A DNA stretch of 64,000 nucleotides, from assembly GCA_030390025.1 (NCBI GenBank), contig CM059438.1, positions 56,918,001 to 56,982,000 of the forward strand, in the 5' to 3' direction. This document shows positions 1 through 12,150 of this stretch, piece after piece. Within the stretch, counting starts at the first letter, position 1, and each line of letters begins with the position of its first letter. The position numbers and the translations under genes are program-made. This DNA is from Squalus acanthias (taxonomy: Eukaryota). The notes below the pieces were generated by a model. The model searched no databases, was not told where the DNA came from, and was given only the letters and a program-made list of their open reading frames with translations.

Positions 1-545
1 GAGTATTGTGTACAGTTTTGGACTCCTTACCTAAGAAAGGCTATACTTGCCATAGGGGGAGTGCAATGAAGGTTCACCAGACTGATTCCTGGGATGGGGG
101 GATTGTCCTACAAGGAGAGATTGAGTAGACTAGGTCTATATTCCCTAGAGTTTAGAAGAATGAGAAATGATCTCATTGAAACATATAAAATTCTTACAGG
201 GCTTGACAGGGTAGATGCAGGGAGGATGTTTCCCTGGCTGGGGAGTCCAGAACCAGGGGTCACAGTCTCAGAATAAGGGGTCGGCCATTTAGGACTGAGA
301 TGAAGAGAAATTTCTTAAGGGTTGTGAATCTTTGGAATTCTCTACCCCAGAGGGCTGTGGAGGCTGTCGTTGAATATATTCAAGACCAAGATCAATAGAT
401 TTTTGGATATTAAGGGAATCGAGGGGTATGGGGATAGTGCAGGAAAGTGGAGTTGAGGTCGAAGATCATCCATGAGCTTACTGAATGGCGGAGCAGGCTC
501 GAAGGGCCGAATGACCTACTCCTGTTTCTTGTTTTCTTATGTTAC
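1..545 (+). mobile_element. CR1/HER1-type LINE, 3' end fragment
   Basis: Encodes CR1 ORF2 C-terminal motifs (EYCVQFWTP, LSYKERLSRLGLYSLEFRRMRNDLIETYKIL) followed by the 3' UTR GGAGCAGGCTCGAAGGGCCGAATG...TTCTTATGTT. Confidence 0.9.
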
Positions 546-650
546 AGGAAGAGTGCATGCGTGTGTGTGCGTCCATTCGGTCCATCTCCTCTTATCCACT
601 CAGCATTACCCTAAAGACCCCTTATTGCAGTGTCCAATTCATTTCAAGAT

Positions 651-1120
651 TCTCTGCACTGGCTCCAGTCCCTGACCCTGGAGACCAGGCTCGTGACTCC
701 TCTCTGCACTGGCTCCAGTCCCTGACCCTGGAGACCAGGCTCGTGACTCCTCTCTGCACTGGCTCCAGTCCCTGACCCTGGAGACCAGGCTCGTGACTCC
801 TCTCTGCACTGGCTCCAGTCCCTGACCCTGGAGACCAGGCTCGTGACTCCTCTCTGCACTGGCTCCAGTCCCTGACCCTGGGGACCAGGCTCGTGACTCC
901 TCTCTGCACTGGCTCCAGTCCCTGGCCCTGGGGACCAGCCTCGTGACTCCTCTCTGCACTGGCTCCAGTCCCTGACCCTGGGGTCCAGCCTCGTGACTCC
1001 TCTCTGCACTGGCTCTAGTGCCCTGGCCCTGGGGACCAGCCTCGTGACTCCTCTCTGCACTGGCTCCAGTGCCCTGGAGACCAGGCTCGTGACTCCTCTC
1101 TGCACTGGCTCCAGTCCCTG
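651..1120. repeat. 50-bp minisatellite (~9 copies) derived from a minus-strand CR1 fragment extending to ~1200
   Basis: Unit CTCTGCACTGGCTCCAGTCCCTGACCCTGGAGACCAGGCTCGTGACTCCT has period 50 (661, 711, 761...). The minus-strand translation LYGALVRPHLEH...DIQGLEPVQRGVT matches CR1 ORF2. Confidence 0.9.
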
Positions 1121-1719
1121 AATGTCTCCGTGTCTCAGTGACCAGGACTGGATGCCGTGCTCGAGGTGTGGTCTGACCAGAGCTCCATACAGTTTAGTCA
1201 CAACGGGTATTGTATGGATTTGGCTCTGTCGTTTTGTGTTTTTTCTGGGTCAGAGTTGTAGAACCATTGATTCTTTTACACCAACATTTTCATTTTCTCA
1301 ATTTTTAAATTTTGGTGCAGAAAATTGTACTTTAATCTATAAAGGGTTAACCCAGTCAGGGTACGTTTTATTCGCACCTTGTGCATTAACTCTTGACCGA
1401 GGGCTGTCTCGGCCTGTGGTTTAGGTTATGACCAGGTACTCAGTGAGGCCTTGGGGTCCATTATCGGTCATTGGGTACAATATAAGTTTAGGTTCTAAGC
1501 TGCCATGTTACAAGCCTTTGAACTTGTTACCCATGACAGCAAGTGGCTCTGGAACCTACAACAGTGACTACACTTCAAAAGTACTTTATTGCCTGTGGTG
1601 TGCTTTCGAACATACGGAGGTCATGAAGGGTGCTATATAAATGCACGTTTGTTTTTCTTTCTTCTTTTTCTCTCTCTCTCACTCTCTTTCACTTTCTCTT
1701 TCTCCCTCCCCCTCTCCCC

Positions 1720-1730
<11 letters not shown>

Positions 1731-1776
<46 letters not shown>
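1731..1776. repeat. (TC)n microsatellite preceded by poly-C
   Basis: Directly visible. Confidence 0.95.
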
Positions 1777-1780
<4 letters not shown>

Positions 1781-2954
1781 TCCTTTTCCTCTTCTGACAC
1801 CCACTTCCAATGTGCGGAATGGGGAAGCCGTGGCCCTTGATGATGGTGCCCAACAGAGACTTTTTGATGGGAGCAGTGCCGATGCCCATGAAGGGTGGCT
1901 GAACTGACTCACTGATAGCACCACCCAAGCACAATGGTATCAGAAGTTTTGGCGATCTAGTTGTGTTGAGGATATTCTCTGGTAAAATGAGAAATTGGAA
2001 CCACTCCGTTTCGCGTTCATTTGATACTCCGCATTCAGGGTCTTGGGGTCTTGAGCGTCAGTTTGGAGAAGGCTGTGTGGAGGTTGTAATGTCTGAGATG
2101 AGTGCTTACTGGTTATTCTCCATCCAGGTAATGAAGATCTGTGAAACTAATCAGGTGTGACCTGCAGCTATTTTCAGTGCAAGTTTCTCCCATCTGGTAG
2201 GGAAGGAGGGTTTTAGGTTACATGCGGGATGGGTACCGAGAAAGAAGAAACTGGACGAATCACTAGGCTTGCATAATTGGCTGATGCTGACAGCAGTCTG
2301 ACATTAGGGTCCAGTGTAGTTACAAGAAGTGCATCTGTAACGCTGGGAGCTTGCTGTGCAACCGGTGTGTCTCCTGCATGAAGTCTGCAGTGAAAGGGGA
2401 AGTATCGTTTCCAAAGGAGGGGCCAATTTCACAACCACAGAAATCATTCCTTGTAAAACAGGCTTTGTCAACACTTTATGACTGCCATATACACGGTCAT
2501 TGTCCTGGATAACCCTTCAGGAACTGTGTGTAAGTTTGTTTGCGTCTCCTCTGTGGAAAGGTTACTATAGAGCTGATCTGTTCAGAATTACAGAAACACG
2601 AGCCTAATTTGACAGTCTGTGCCAGCTGGAACTTAAAACCATCAGAAATCAGATCTGCATAAATTGGTTTAAGGGGTCCCGAATGAAATTAGTTTGCATC
2701 GTTATCTGGTTATTGGAGGACTTCTGTGCACAGTCACCCCCTGTCTAAACACTGCTGGCATTGATTCAGAAACTGTGGTCTGGGATAGTGGAAATAGTAA
2801 CAATGATACTAGTGAAACAGGAAAGGGCTCCTTTCAGAGCGCTGTTGAGGACGAGTCACTTTGACTGCTGGCGGAAGCTAGTTCTACGCTGTCTTGCGAC
2901 AGGAGTGTACCTGATACGGTTCTGAATGTGGCCTCTGGCTGTAGTGTCAAGAAA

Positions 2955-3110
2955 GTCTCTTGACCAAAATAAAAACCAAGCAGGATCCAGCAGCATCTGA
3001 AAGAGAAAAGCCGTTTCTGGTGGAGACCCTCGGTCAAACGTGAAGCCATCGTTCCTCTTTCAGAAGCTAACGCACCTGGTGTGTATTTCCAGCATTTGCT
3101 GTTTTTATTT
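2955..3110. repeat. Short degenerate interspersed repeat, probably Penelope-like terminal-derived; related pieces at ~28785-28875 and ~53050-53140
   Basis: CAGCATCTG...GAGA...CAGATGC...CCAGCATTT(T/G)CTGTTT motif recurs in the window. The family name is recalled only. Confidence 0.45.
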
Positions 3111-6100
3111 TGCAACCGCAGTTTTTTCCTTCCATGCCTCTTGCCTGCTCGTATACACATGGTGCAAAATGGGGAACAGAGGTGCATTCACCATCACACA
3201 GCATCTAACTAAAATGCCATTTTGATTTTAATATCAAAGTTGTGCCTGTAAACTTTGAGATAATTACAGAATCCGCTTTGTCAGCGATTCATCCTGAGAA
3301 GAGATTTGTGGATCTCTGAAGAATTGTCCAACAGGATTTTACAACGATGGACAGTCAGCAGCTGTGAGTGGGGTTTCTGCCACAGGAACTCCTGAGAGAT
3401 TTTGTCAAAAATACGCCAAATGGCTACAACTTGAATTCTAATCCAACCCCCAGACTAGGAGCCAAAAGAATGAGCTTCACCAATAGGGCCTCTTAAACCC
3501 CAGCTGTTACAAAGAATCATTACGTTCACCTGCTTATTTCTTGTAAATACAACTTATTTAGAACCTCTTTCACCATCCTGAGGACATCTCAAAGCGCTTC
3601 ACAGCCAGTGAAGTGCTTTTGAAGAGTAGTAATGTATGTCCGTCTGTCCGTTGAGTATATCCTGACAGGAGGACATGCCTTGGAGTTGCTGAATCTGGTG
3701 GGACAGGAATAAAGGTTGCGGAGTCTGGTATGCACGAGGGAGGGGAGGTGATGCTGACGCCCATCAATGTGTCTGACTACGTGGATGTGCACAGAGGAAG
3801 CTGGAGTGTCCCAGAGTTAATGGTTGATCATCAGCCAAGATAGTCAGCTCCCTCCCCCATCCGTACGTTTCCTTCAACGCCATCAGCACTCAATTTAAAC
3901 AAATATATTCAAAAATCTAGCACAGCTATATATTAGAATGATTACATTGATCATCTTTTAAAATTTATTTTTGGTAAGGCCTATGTTACTCTCTGCTTAA
4001 CTATAGCTTCTGTGTGATAATGAGTGGGTAGTTTTCAAGAGCACTGTATGATGTGAGCAGCTACGAGTCTAGGTATTTGGCAGATAACCAGATCCTTAGC
4101 ATTTCTAAGACACTGGCTATCGTAAGTGCTAGAATAACTCTTTTGCCTTGTGCTAAATATGCAGATATGCTCCTGATTTTTCACCTGCAAGGCAATTTGT
4201 GGAGATGGTTAATGTTTTCAAAGGATAGGTTACTGTCAGTAAAAACGTGTTGTTTGTGGAATCAGTGATCCTGGAAGGTGTAGTGGAGTTTCCAAACAGT
4301 CAGGACCACAGGTTATGTATTGAACAGGTGTGAAATACCCTCTTTATTCTTGTGTTTCTTCTCTGGAGCGTGCTCTTTTTTGTTTTGGATTTAAAATCCC
4401 CATTACATGTTTTTCCTCCCCCTTTACACGTAGAGGGGACAGAAACCTGCTCCCCAACTCTGTCCTCTTGAGTTGGCTGGTGACAATGGTGAATTGCCTG
4501 GCTCCCACTCTGCACTTCTACCCAGTGCCACAACTATCGTCACTATCTCAGTGGTGGTGTGGGTGGGGGCGTACTGCAGAGTGAATCTGTGCTTCACCCC
4601 TCTATTGTTAGCATTGTTGCTGCGTTTCATTGGCTGATTTGCTCTTCAGAAATATCACTGGGATACTCTTGGACTATGTTCGAATTGGCCTTTCAGAGTC
4701 AAAGGATAAGGATGTGCTGAGTCAGTTTGATCGCAGCAAGGGTGGGAGTAGGAGTGCAATATTTGGCCTCAGTGCAATAGGGTTAAGGTTGCGGTATCAG
4801 TGAGGGTTCTCAGTCCTGATCGCTAGCCAGTGAAGTAAGGCTGAGACTGGATCTGGCTCGGATGCCCCTCTTTGCCGCCCCCCCCCCCCCCCCCCCCCCC
4901 ACCTTCCACCTCCTGACCCCCTCCAAGATCACCTACGAGGAACGGCCGAGATGTTGGAGGGCAACAGGTGCCCGTGGGAGTGTACCCCAGCAGGTCGGTG
5001 ACTTTGAGTGGGGAACATTAACAGGGGAAAAAAAACTTATTAAAAAATGTACTTATTAACATCCTGTTCACTCTTGGCCCCACCCTGACTTTGCTTTACC
5101 TTTGACCTTTCAACCTCCTGCTCAGTCATTTTGTAGAAGGAACATACTTTTCAAAAATGTTGCTGTGTGTGTAGCAATAATGCACAACGGCGATGAGACC
5201 GTCATCTTGGAGGATTGAGGTGCTGTGCGAGGGAAGAGGATGCGGTGTGTGAGGGGTTCGAGAGACGTGCTGTGGGCGGAGGATGTGGTGTCTGTGGTGA
5301 AGTTCTGACGCTTTTCTATTCAGGTTCAAAGGGAAATACCAGGAGTCCACATGAGAAGAGGGTCCTGTGGAGGAGGGGCGCTGTTAATAACTGTTAAATT
5401 GAATTCCAGCGGTCCAGTTTTTAATTGGAGAATATTTCAAGGTGCTGTAGAATTATCTAGTGGGTGAAAGGCAGCGAAGGAATTGCTTCTGAAAACAGTG
5501 CCCAAGCAATCCGCCATCACCATTAAACTTTGTTTTTGTGATATTTAATCTATTTCCTGTAATCCAGTGTATGAGTCGGGTTCTATTCTCGCAGTGTTAT
5601 TTAAAGCTCTGAAATTGCATGCCTTTATTATAAGGATATAAAAACTTGTGTAAGAACGTATCAAGACTTCAGCCGCTGGTCAGATTGAGCTGGCCCCTTC
5701 GCATTGGGTACTGCAGATTCATATAAAATGTCCACTAAAATCCATTTTTCTCATCAACTTAACATACTGCCTGTCTGTCTCTGAACTATTCCTTCTATGA
5801 CAGATTGCTCTGCTGATCAAGTCCCCAGGATAATAAGGCTTCAAGCCCTGTGCATCATAGCAGGAGGATCAATCTGCCATCACAGCTTTGAGGCCTGAAG
5901 TTGACCAAGAAGCCTTTGTGATGTAAGATGGAATCTCTGGCAGCTTTGCTTGTCTGAGGCCTGGTCTCTTCAGTGCTGGTCAATGTTGGATAGAATTGAC
6001 TGTCAAGCTGCTTGCCCTGGAATAATCAGCATAAGGTGTCATTTCCTGCCACTGATCTATCAACCGTGAGTTTTTGGGTTTTGTGCCAGGGTTCGCTGTC

Positions 6101-7827
6101 AGCAGTTACTCATCCCCTATGATTCAGTGCACTACTTCTGCCCAATAATTAAACAATAGATGATAAAATAGAGGCGTTACTGCTGCATCTACTGGCCACT
6201 GTACCCTCAGACATGCCACCCCATGTGTTCTCCTGTCTTTATGGAAGATGGACTGAAAACACTCCAGCAAGACTACGCACGATTGTAAATCAACAATTTA
6301 TTTTACATAAAATACATGAATGAACAGAATACAATTTCATTAATTCACTACCACTCTGTTCCACGAAAGCCACAAAAATGTAACTCTGCTACTGTTCTAA
6401 ATGAGAACTCACTTTCAAAGTTAACTGGTCCTAAGCTGACTGGTGATGCATGACATCACACAGAGCGTGGCTTCGCTGAGATTTGGGTGCCTGTGTGCCC
6501 AGAGAGAGAGACACATACAGACCATGTTCTCTGGCCACCTCCCATAACTTGTATGTGGGGGATTGACTAAGTGAGCTGTCAATCAAAGTTACCACTGACT
6601 GAAATGCCTCACCTTTTGAAGTAGGAGCCCTTGGTGGCTGAGTGTTTAGTTAAGCCCCTGCTGGGTGCACGCAACTGTGTGTTGTAAAGAATCCATTTCC
6701 TCGCAATGATGAGAAACGCTTCGAATTATACCCAACATCCCCTTTGTTCCAAAGCTACAGCAACCTGAGTAGGTAAATGGCTTTATAACTGCTCTTTGGG
6801 TAACTAATTAACACTTCAAATCACTAAAGCCTCCACCCATTCTTTAATATCTGCTACTTAAAAGTAAGTCAAAAACATGCTGTTTCCTCTAAGTTAACCC
6901 ATTGTAAACTGAATCTAACCTTGTAGCAAAATCATAACATTAATTAAAACAGAATTCCCAAAGGCTGTGCAGGTAAGGGAATGTTACATAACTTATACAG
7001 GTAGAAAATTGCTGTAATATTATAAACAACAGCCTGTTACAGGACTAAGAATGAAGGGGCTGCAAGAGTATCGGAGAACGGCATCAATAACTGATAAAAT
7101 TCTTCAGTCTAAAGTTTAAAATCTTCACTGTTAAACCAGACAGTAGAAATTAATAATGGACTTCCATTTCTGTCGTGTGTGTGTGTGTGTGTGTGTATGT
7201 AAATAAATATCTCTGAATGGTTTTCAGATTTCCTACGTTCATAATTCTACGACTGATAAGAGTTTCGATAACTCCTGCGTTTGCGTGAACTATAATCACT
7301 ATAAATTTGTACTGTCCAGGAACAGGGCTGGATACAGAGCAGGCTGTGCAAGAATGGATCAGTGCTCTTGGTCCCTCTTTATAATGTACATCAGCTGTTA
7401 CCTGACTTTGTTTGACAGCTTTTAATAACCATGGCAGCCAATTAATCCTATATCTAGTAAATGTGTTGTGTTCCCTTTAGTCAGCGGCCAGTGATCTGTA
7501 ATGCCCTCGGTTTCATTTTGTGTAGGTTCTTTGCAAAATGCACTCGGTTTATTTGCGGCATCTTTGTTCTCTGCTTGTGTCTTGTGTATGGCTGTGGCTG
7601 GAGCTGGAGAGAATAATGCGTGAAGGCCTGACTAGGGCTTCAATGGAGAAGAAAATGGCTGGATTTTTGTCCAAGAAGCTGTGTTTATAAAATTCCCATT
7701 TTCCAAATCTGTCATTGTAAAACCCTCGCTGGATTCTCCTCGAGAGAATTAAAATCTCTGCAGACTGCAAAATCAAACATTACTGCACATCAAGGGGAGG
7801 TGCCTCTATGGTGATGTAGCACTTGTG

Positions 7828-8366
7828 CATTGGCAGGATAGACGCACCAACGTCGGTGTTCTCGCTCAGGCCAACATCCCCAGCATCGAAGCTTTGACCA
7901 TGCTCGATCAGCTCCGATGGACGGGTCACATTGTCCGCATGCCCGATACGAGACTCCCAAAACAAGCGCTCTACTCGGAGCTCCGGCACGGCAAGAGAGC
8001 CCCAGGTGGGCAGAGGAAACGCTTCAAGGACACCCTCAAAGCCTCCTTGAAAAAGTGTAACATCCCCACCGACACCTGGGAATCCCTGGCCCAAGACCGC
8101 ACAAAGTGGAGGAGAAGCATCTGGGAAGGTGCTGAACACCTCGAGTCTCTTCGCCGGGAGCAAGCGGAAGCCAAGCACAAACAGTGGAAGGAGTGCACAT
8201 CAACCCAAGCACCCCACCCTTCAACCACCGTCTGCCCCACCTGTGACAGAGACTGTAGGTCCCGCATTGGACTCATCAGTCACCTGCGAACTCATATTTT
8301 TAATTTGGAAGCAAGTCATCCTCGGTTCAGAGGGACTGCCGAAGAAGAAGCAGCAGCAGCAGCAGC
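7828..8366 (+). mobile_element. RTE-clade LINE, 5'-truncated 3' end with (GAA)n/(GCA)n tail
   Basis: HWQDRRTN...LRWTGHIVRMPDTRLPKQALYSEL...CPTCDRDCRSRIGLISHLRTH zinc-knuckle end. Nearly identical to the copy at 50931-52248. Confidence 0.9.
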
Positions 8367-8549
8367 ATTAGCATGGGGTACCCTCCGGCCAGGGTGGAGT
8401 GTGGTTCAGGTGCAGATTAAAGGTGCTCTTATATTGCATAATCCTCCTATTTAGGGGCAGTGCTCTCAGTACATCACTCGTCCCATTTTATTCAGTTGGG
8501 TGCTGGTCACACGGGGCTCCACTGTGAAAGAAAAAGACAGACTTCATTT

Positions 8550-11500
8550 ATCTTTTTTTATTCATTTACGGGATGTGGGCGTCGCTGGCAAGGCCAGCAT
8601 TTATTGCCCATCCCTAGTTGCCCTTGAGAAGGTGGTGGTGAGCCGCTGCAGTCCGTGTGGTGAAGGTGCTCCCACAGTGCTGTTAGGTAGGGAGTTCCAG
8701 GATTTTGACCCAGCGACGATGAAGGATCGGCAATATACTTCTAAGTCAGGATGGTGTGTGACTTGGAGGGTGGTGGTGTTCCCATGCGCCTGCTGCCCTC
8801 GTCTTTCTAGGTGGAAGAGGTCACGGGTTTGGGAGGTGCTGCCGAAGAAGCCTTGGCGAGTTCCTGCACTGCATCTTGTAGATGGTACATACTGCAGCCA
8901 CAGTATGCCGGTGGTGGAGGGAGTGAATGTTTAAGGTGGTGGATGGAGTGCCAGTCAAGCGGGCTGCTTTGTCCTGGATGGTGTCGAGCTTCTTGAGTGT
9001 TGTTGAAGCTGCTCTCATCCAGGCAACCGGAGAGTATTCCATCGCACTCCTTACTTGTGCCTTGTAGATGGTAGAAAGGCTTTGGGGAGTCGGGAGGTGA
9101 GACACTCGCTGCAGAATACCTAGCCTATGACCTGCTCTTGTTGCCACAGTATTTGTGGCTGGTCCAGTTAAGTTTCTGGTCAATGGTGACCCCCAGGATG
9201 TTGATGGTGGGGGATTCGGCGATGGTAATGCCATTGAATGTCAAGGGGAGGTGGTTAGACTGTCGCTTGTTGGAGATGGTCGTTGCCCGGCACTTCTGTG
9301 GCGCGAATGTTACCTGCCACTTATCAGCCCAAGCCTGAACGTCGTCCAGGTCTTGTTGCATGCGGGCATAGACTGCTTCATTATCTGTGGAGTTGTGAAT
9401 GGCGCTGAACATTGTGCAGTCATCAGCGAACATCCTCATTTCTGACCTTATGTTGGAGGGAAGGTCTTTGATGAAGCAGCTGAAGATGGTTGGGCCTAGG
9501 ACACTGCCCTGAGGAACTCCTGCTGTGATGATTGACCTCCAACCACCACAAACATCTTCCTTAGTGCTAGTTATGACTCCAGCCAGTGGCGCGTTTTCCC
9601 CCTGATTTCCATTGACTTCAGTTTTACTGGGGCTCCTTGATGTCACACTCGGTCAAATGCTGCCTTGATGTCAAGGGCAGTCACTCTCACCTCCCCTCTG
9701 GAATTCAGCTCCTTTGTCTATGTATGGACCAAGGCTGTAATGAGGTCGGGAGTTGAGTGGTCTTGGCGGAACCCAAACTGGGCATCAGTGCGCAGCTTAT
9801 TGGTGAGTTAGTGCCGCATGATTGCACTGTCGATGACACCTTCATCACTTTGCTGATTGAGAGTAGATTGATGGGGTGGTAATTGGCCGGGTTGGATTTG
9901 TCCTGGGCATACCTGGGCAGTTTTCCACATTGTCGGATAGATGCCAGTGTTGTAGCTGTACTGGAACAGCTTGGCTAGAGGCGTGGCTAGTTCTGGAGCA
10001 CAAGACTTCAGCACAATAGCTGGGGCCCATAACCTTTGCTGTATCCAGTGCGCTGAGCTGTTTCTTGATATCACGTGGAGTGAATCGAATTGGCTGAAGA
10101 CTGGCTTCTGTGATGGTGGGGACCTCAGGAGTAGGCTGATATAGATTATCCACTCGGCATTTCTGGCTGAAGATGGTTGCAAATGCTTCAGCCTTGTCTT
10201 TTGCACTCACGTGCTGGGCTCCACCATCATTGAGGATGGGGATATTCATGGAGCCTCCTCCTCCCGTTAGTTGTTTAATGGCCCACCGCCATTCACGACT
10301 GGATGTGGCAGGAATGCAGAGCTTTTATCTGATCTGTTGACTATGGGATCGCTTAGCCCTGTTGAAAATATGCTGCTTCCGCTTTTTAGCATGCATGTAG
10401 TCCTGTGTTGCAGCTTCCCCAGGTCGGCACCTCATTTTAGGTACGCCTGGTGCTGCTCCTGGCATGCTCTTCTACACTCCTTATTGAACTAGGGTTGGTC
10501 CCCTGGCTTTATGGTAATGGTAGAGAGGGATATGCCGGGCCATGAGGTTACAGATTGTGGTGGAATACAATTCTGCTGCTGCCCCACAGCGCCTCATGGA
10601 TGCCCAGTTTTGAGCTGCTAGATCTGTTCTGAATCTATCCCATTTAGCACGGTGGTAGTGCCACACAACACAATGGAGGGTGTCCTCAGTGTGAAGACGG
10701 GACTTCATCTCCACAATGACTGTGCGGTGGTCACTGCTACCAATACTGTCATGGACAGGTGCATCTGCGACAGGTAGATAGGTGAGGACGAGGTCAAGTA
10801 GATTTTTCCCTCATGTTGGTTCTCTCACCACCTGCCGCAGTCCCAGTCTGGCAGCAATGTCCTTCAGGACCTGGCCAGCTCGGTCAGTAGTGATGCTACT
10901 GAGCCACTCTTGGCGATGAACATTGAAGTCCCCCACCTGTGCCACTCTGCTTCTTCCAAGTGGTGTTCAACATGGAGTACTGATTCGTCAGCTGAGGGTG
11001 GGCGGTAATCAGCAGGAGGTTTCCTTGCCCATGAGACTTTATGGGGTCCTTCCCGACTGTATACCACTGTGCCGCCACCCCTGGTGGGTCTGTCCTGTCG
11101 GTGGGACAAGACATGCCCTGGGATGGTGATGGAGGAGTCTGGGACATTGGCTGAAAGGTATGATTCTGTGGGTATGACTTGTCAGGCTGTTGCTTGACGA
11201 GTCTGTGGGATAGCTCTCCCAATTTTGACACAAGTCCCCAGATGTTGGTGAGGAGGACTTTGCAGGGTCGACTGGGATGGGTGTGCCGTTGCCGTGTCCG
11301 TAGCCGGCGAAGTCGATGCCGGGTGGTCCAGTTTGATTATTCTTATTGTGTTTCGTAGCGGTTAGTTACAACTGAGTGACTTGCTAGGCCATTTCAGAGG
11401 GCAGTTAAGAGTCAACCACATTGCTGTGGGTCTGGAGTCACATATAGGCCAGACCAGGTAAGGACGGCAGATTTCCTTCCCTAAAGGACATCAGTGAACC

Positions 11501-11670
11501 ACATGGGTTTTATGACAATCCGGTAGTTTCATGGTAATTATTCCAGATTTATTTAATTGAATTTAAATTCCCCAGCTGCCATGGTGGGATTTGAACTCCC
11601 GTCTCTGGATCATTAGTCCAGGCCTCTGGATTACTAGCCCAGTGACATTACCACTACGCTACCGTTCCCC
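8550..11670 (-). mobile_element. Near full-length CR1-group LINE with tRNA-derived 5' head (copy A), decayed single EN-RT ORF
   Basis: 5' end GGGGAACGG-TAGCGTAGTGG (A box, 11661-11651) and GTTCAAATCC (B box, 11596-11587). Then APE start (NIWGLVSKLGELSHRLVKQQPD), RT motifs GVPQGSVLGPTIFSCFI, MFADDC, WADKWQVTF and YKAQVRSAMEYS, and 3' tail ...GACGCCCACATCCCGTAAATGAATAAAAAAA. Confidence 0.9.
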
Positions 11671-12039
11671 TTCATGACCACTGGACCTCCCAAAGAGCTT
11701 TATAGCCAATTGAGCCAGTGTAGTCACTGTTGTAATGTACGAATGCAGACATCCAGTTGCTCCCTGTGTTTACTTTGGTGAAACCTTAATCTGAGGATAC
11801 ATTTGCAGACTCTCGTTTTCGTGGTCTGCAGTGCCTCAGTTCACTGGGGCGTTTATACTGTGGAGTGCATCTTGCGTATCTCCCATCAGGTGCACTCCTA
11901 TAATATAAGGCGACTTTATATTGAGAGACCTACGTTAGTGCAGCTGGGTTCCTAAAACATGGCTCGCTCAGCCAGCTACAAGCCAAGTGTAAAACTGCTG
12001 GGACTTGCCAAGGCTGGCTGCTGGGAAAGGAAGGAAGAA

Positions 12040-12150
12040 AGAGCTTGCATTTATATAGTGCCTTTCACATCCTCAGGATGTCCCAAAGCACTTTACAGCC
12101 AGTAAAGTACTTCTGAAGTGTAGTCACTGTTGTAATGTAGGGAAATGTGG
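12040..12150 (-). mobile_element. L2-type 3' tail fragment of Deu-SINE family (similar fragments at ~1555-1650 + and ~3560-3630 -)
   Basis: CTTGCATTTATATAGTGCCTTTCACATCCTCAGGATGTCCCAAAGCACTTTACAGCC...GAAGTGTAGTCACTGTTGTAATGTAGG matches the tail of the 20047-20478 SINE. Confidence 0.75.

Noticed and set aside
6220..7000. Possible solo LTR (minus-strand AATAAA, LTR-like composition)
   Set aside because: I could not define TG...CA ends or a TSD.
11580..11670. Functional tRNA genes at the tRNA-like heads (also 23830-23902, 43140-43208, 44340-44410)
   Set aside because: No complete cloverleaf is evident and each head is fused to a SINE or LINE body.
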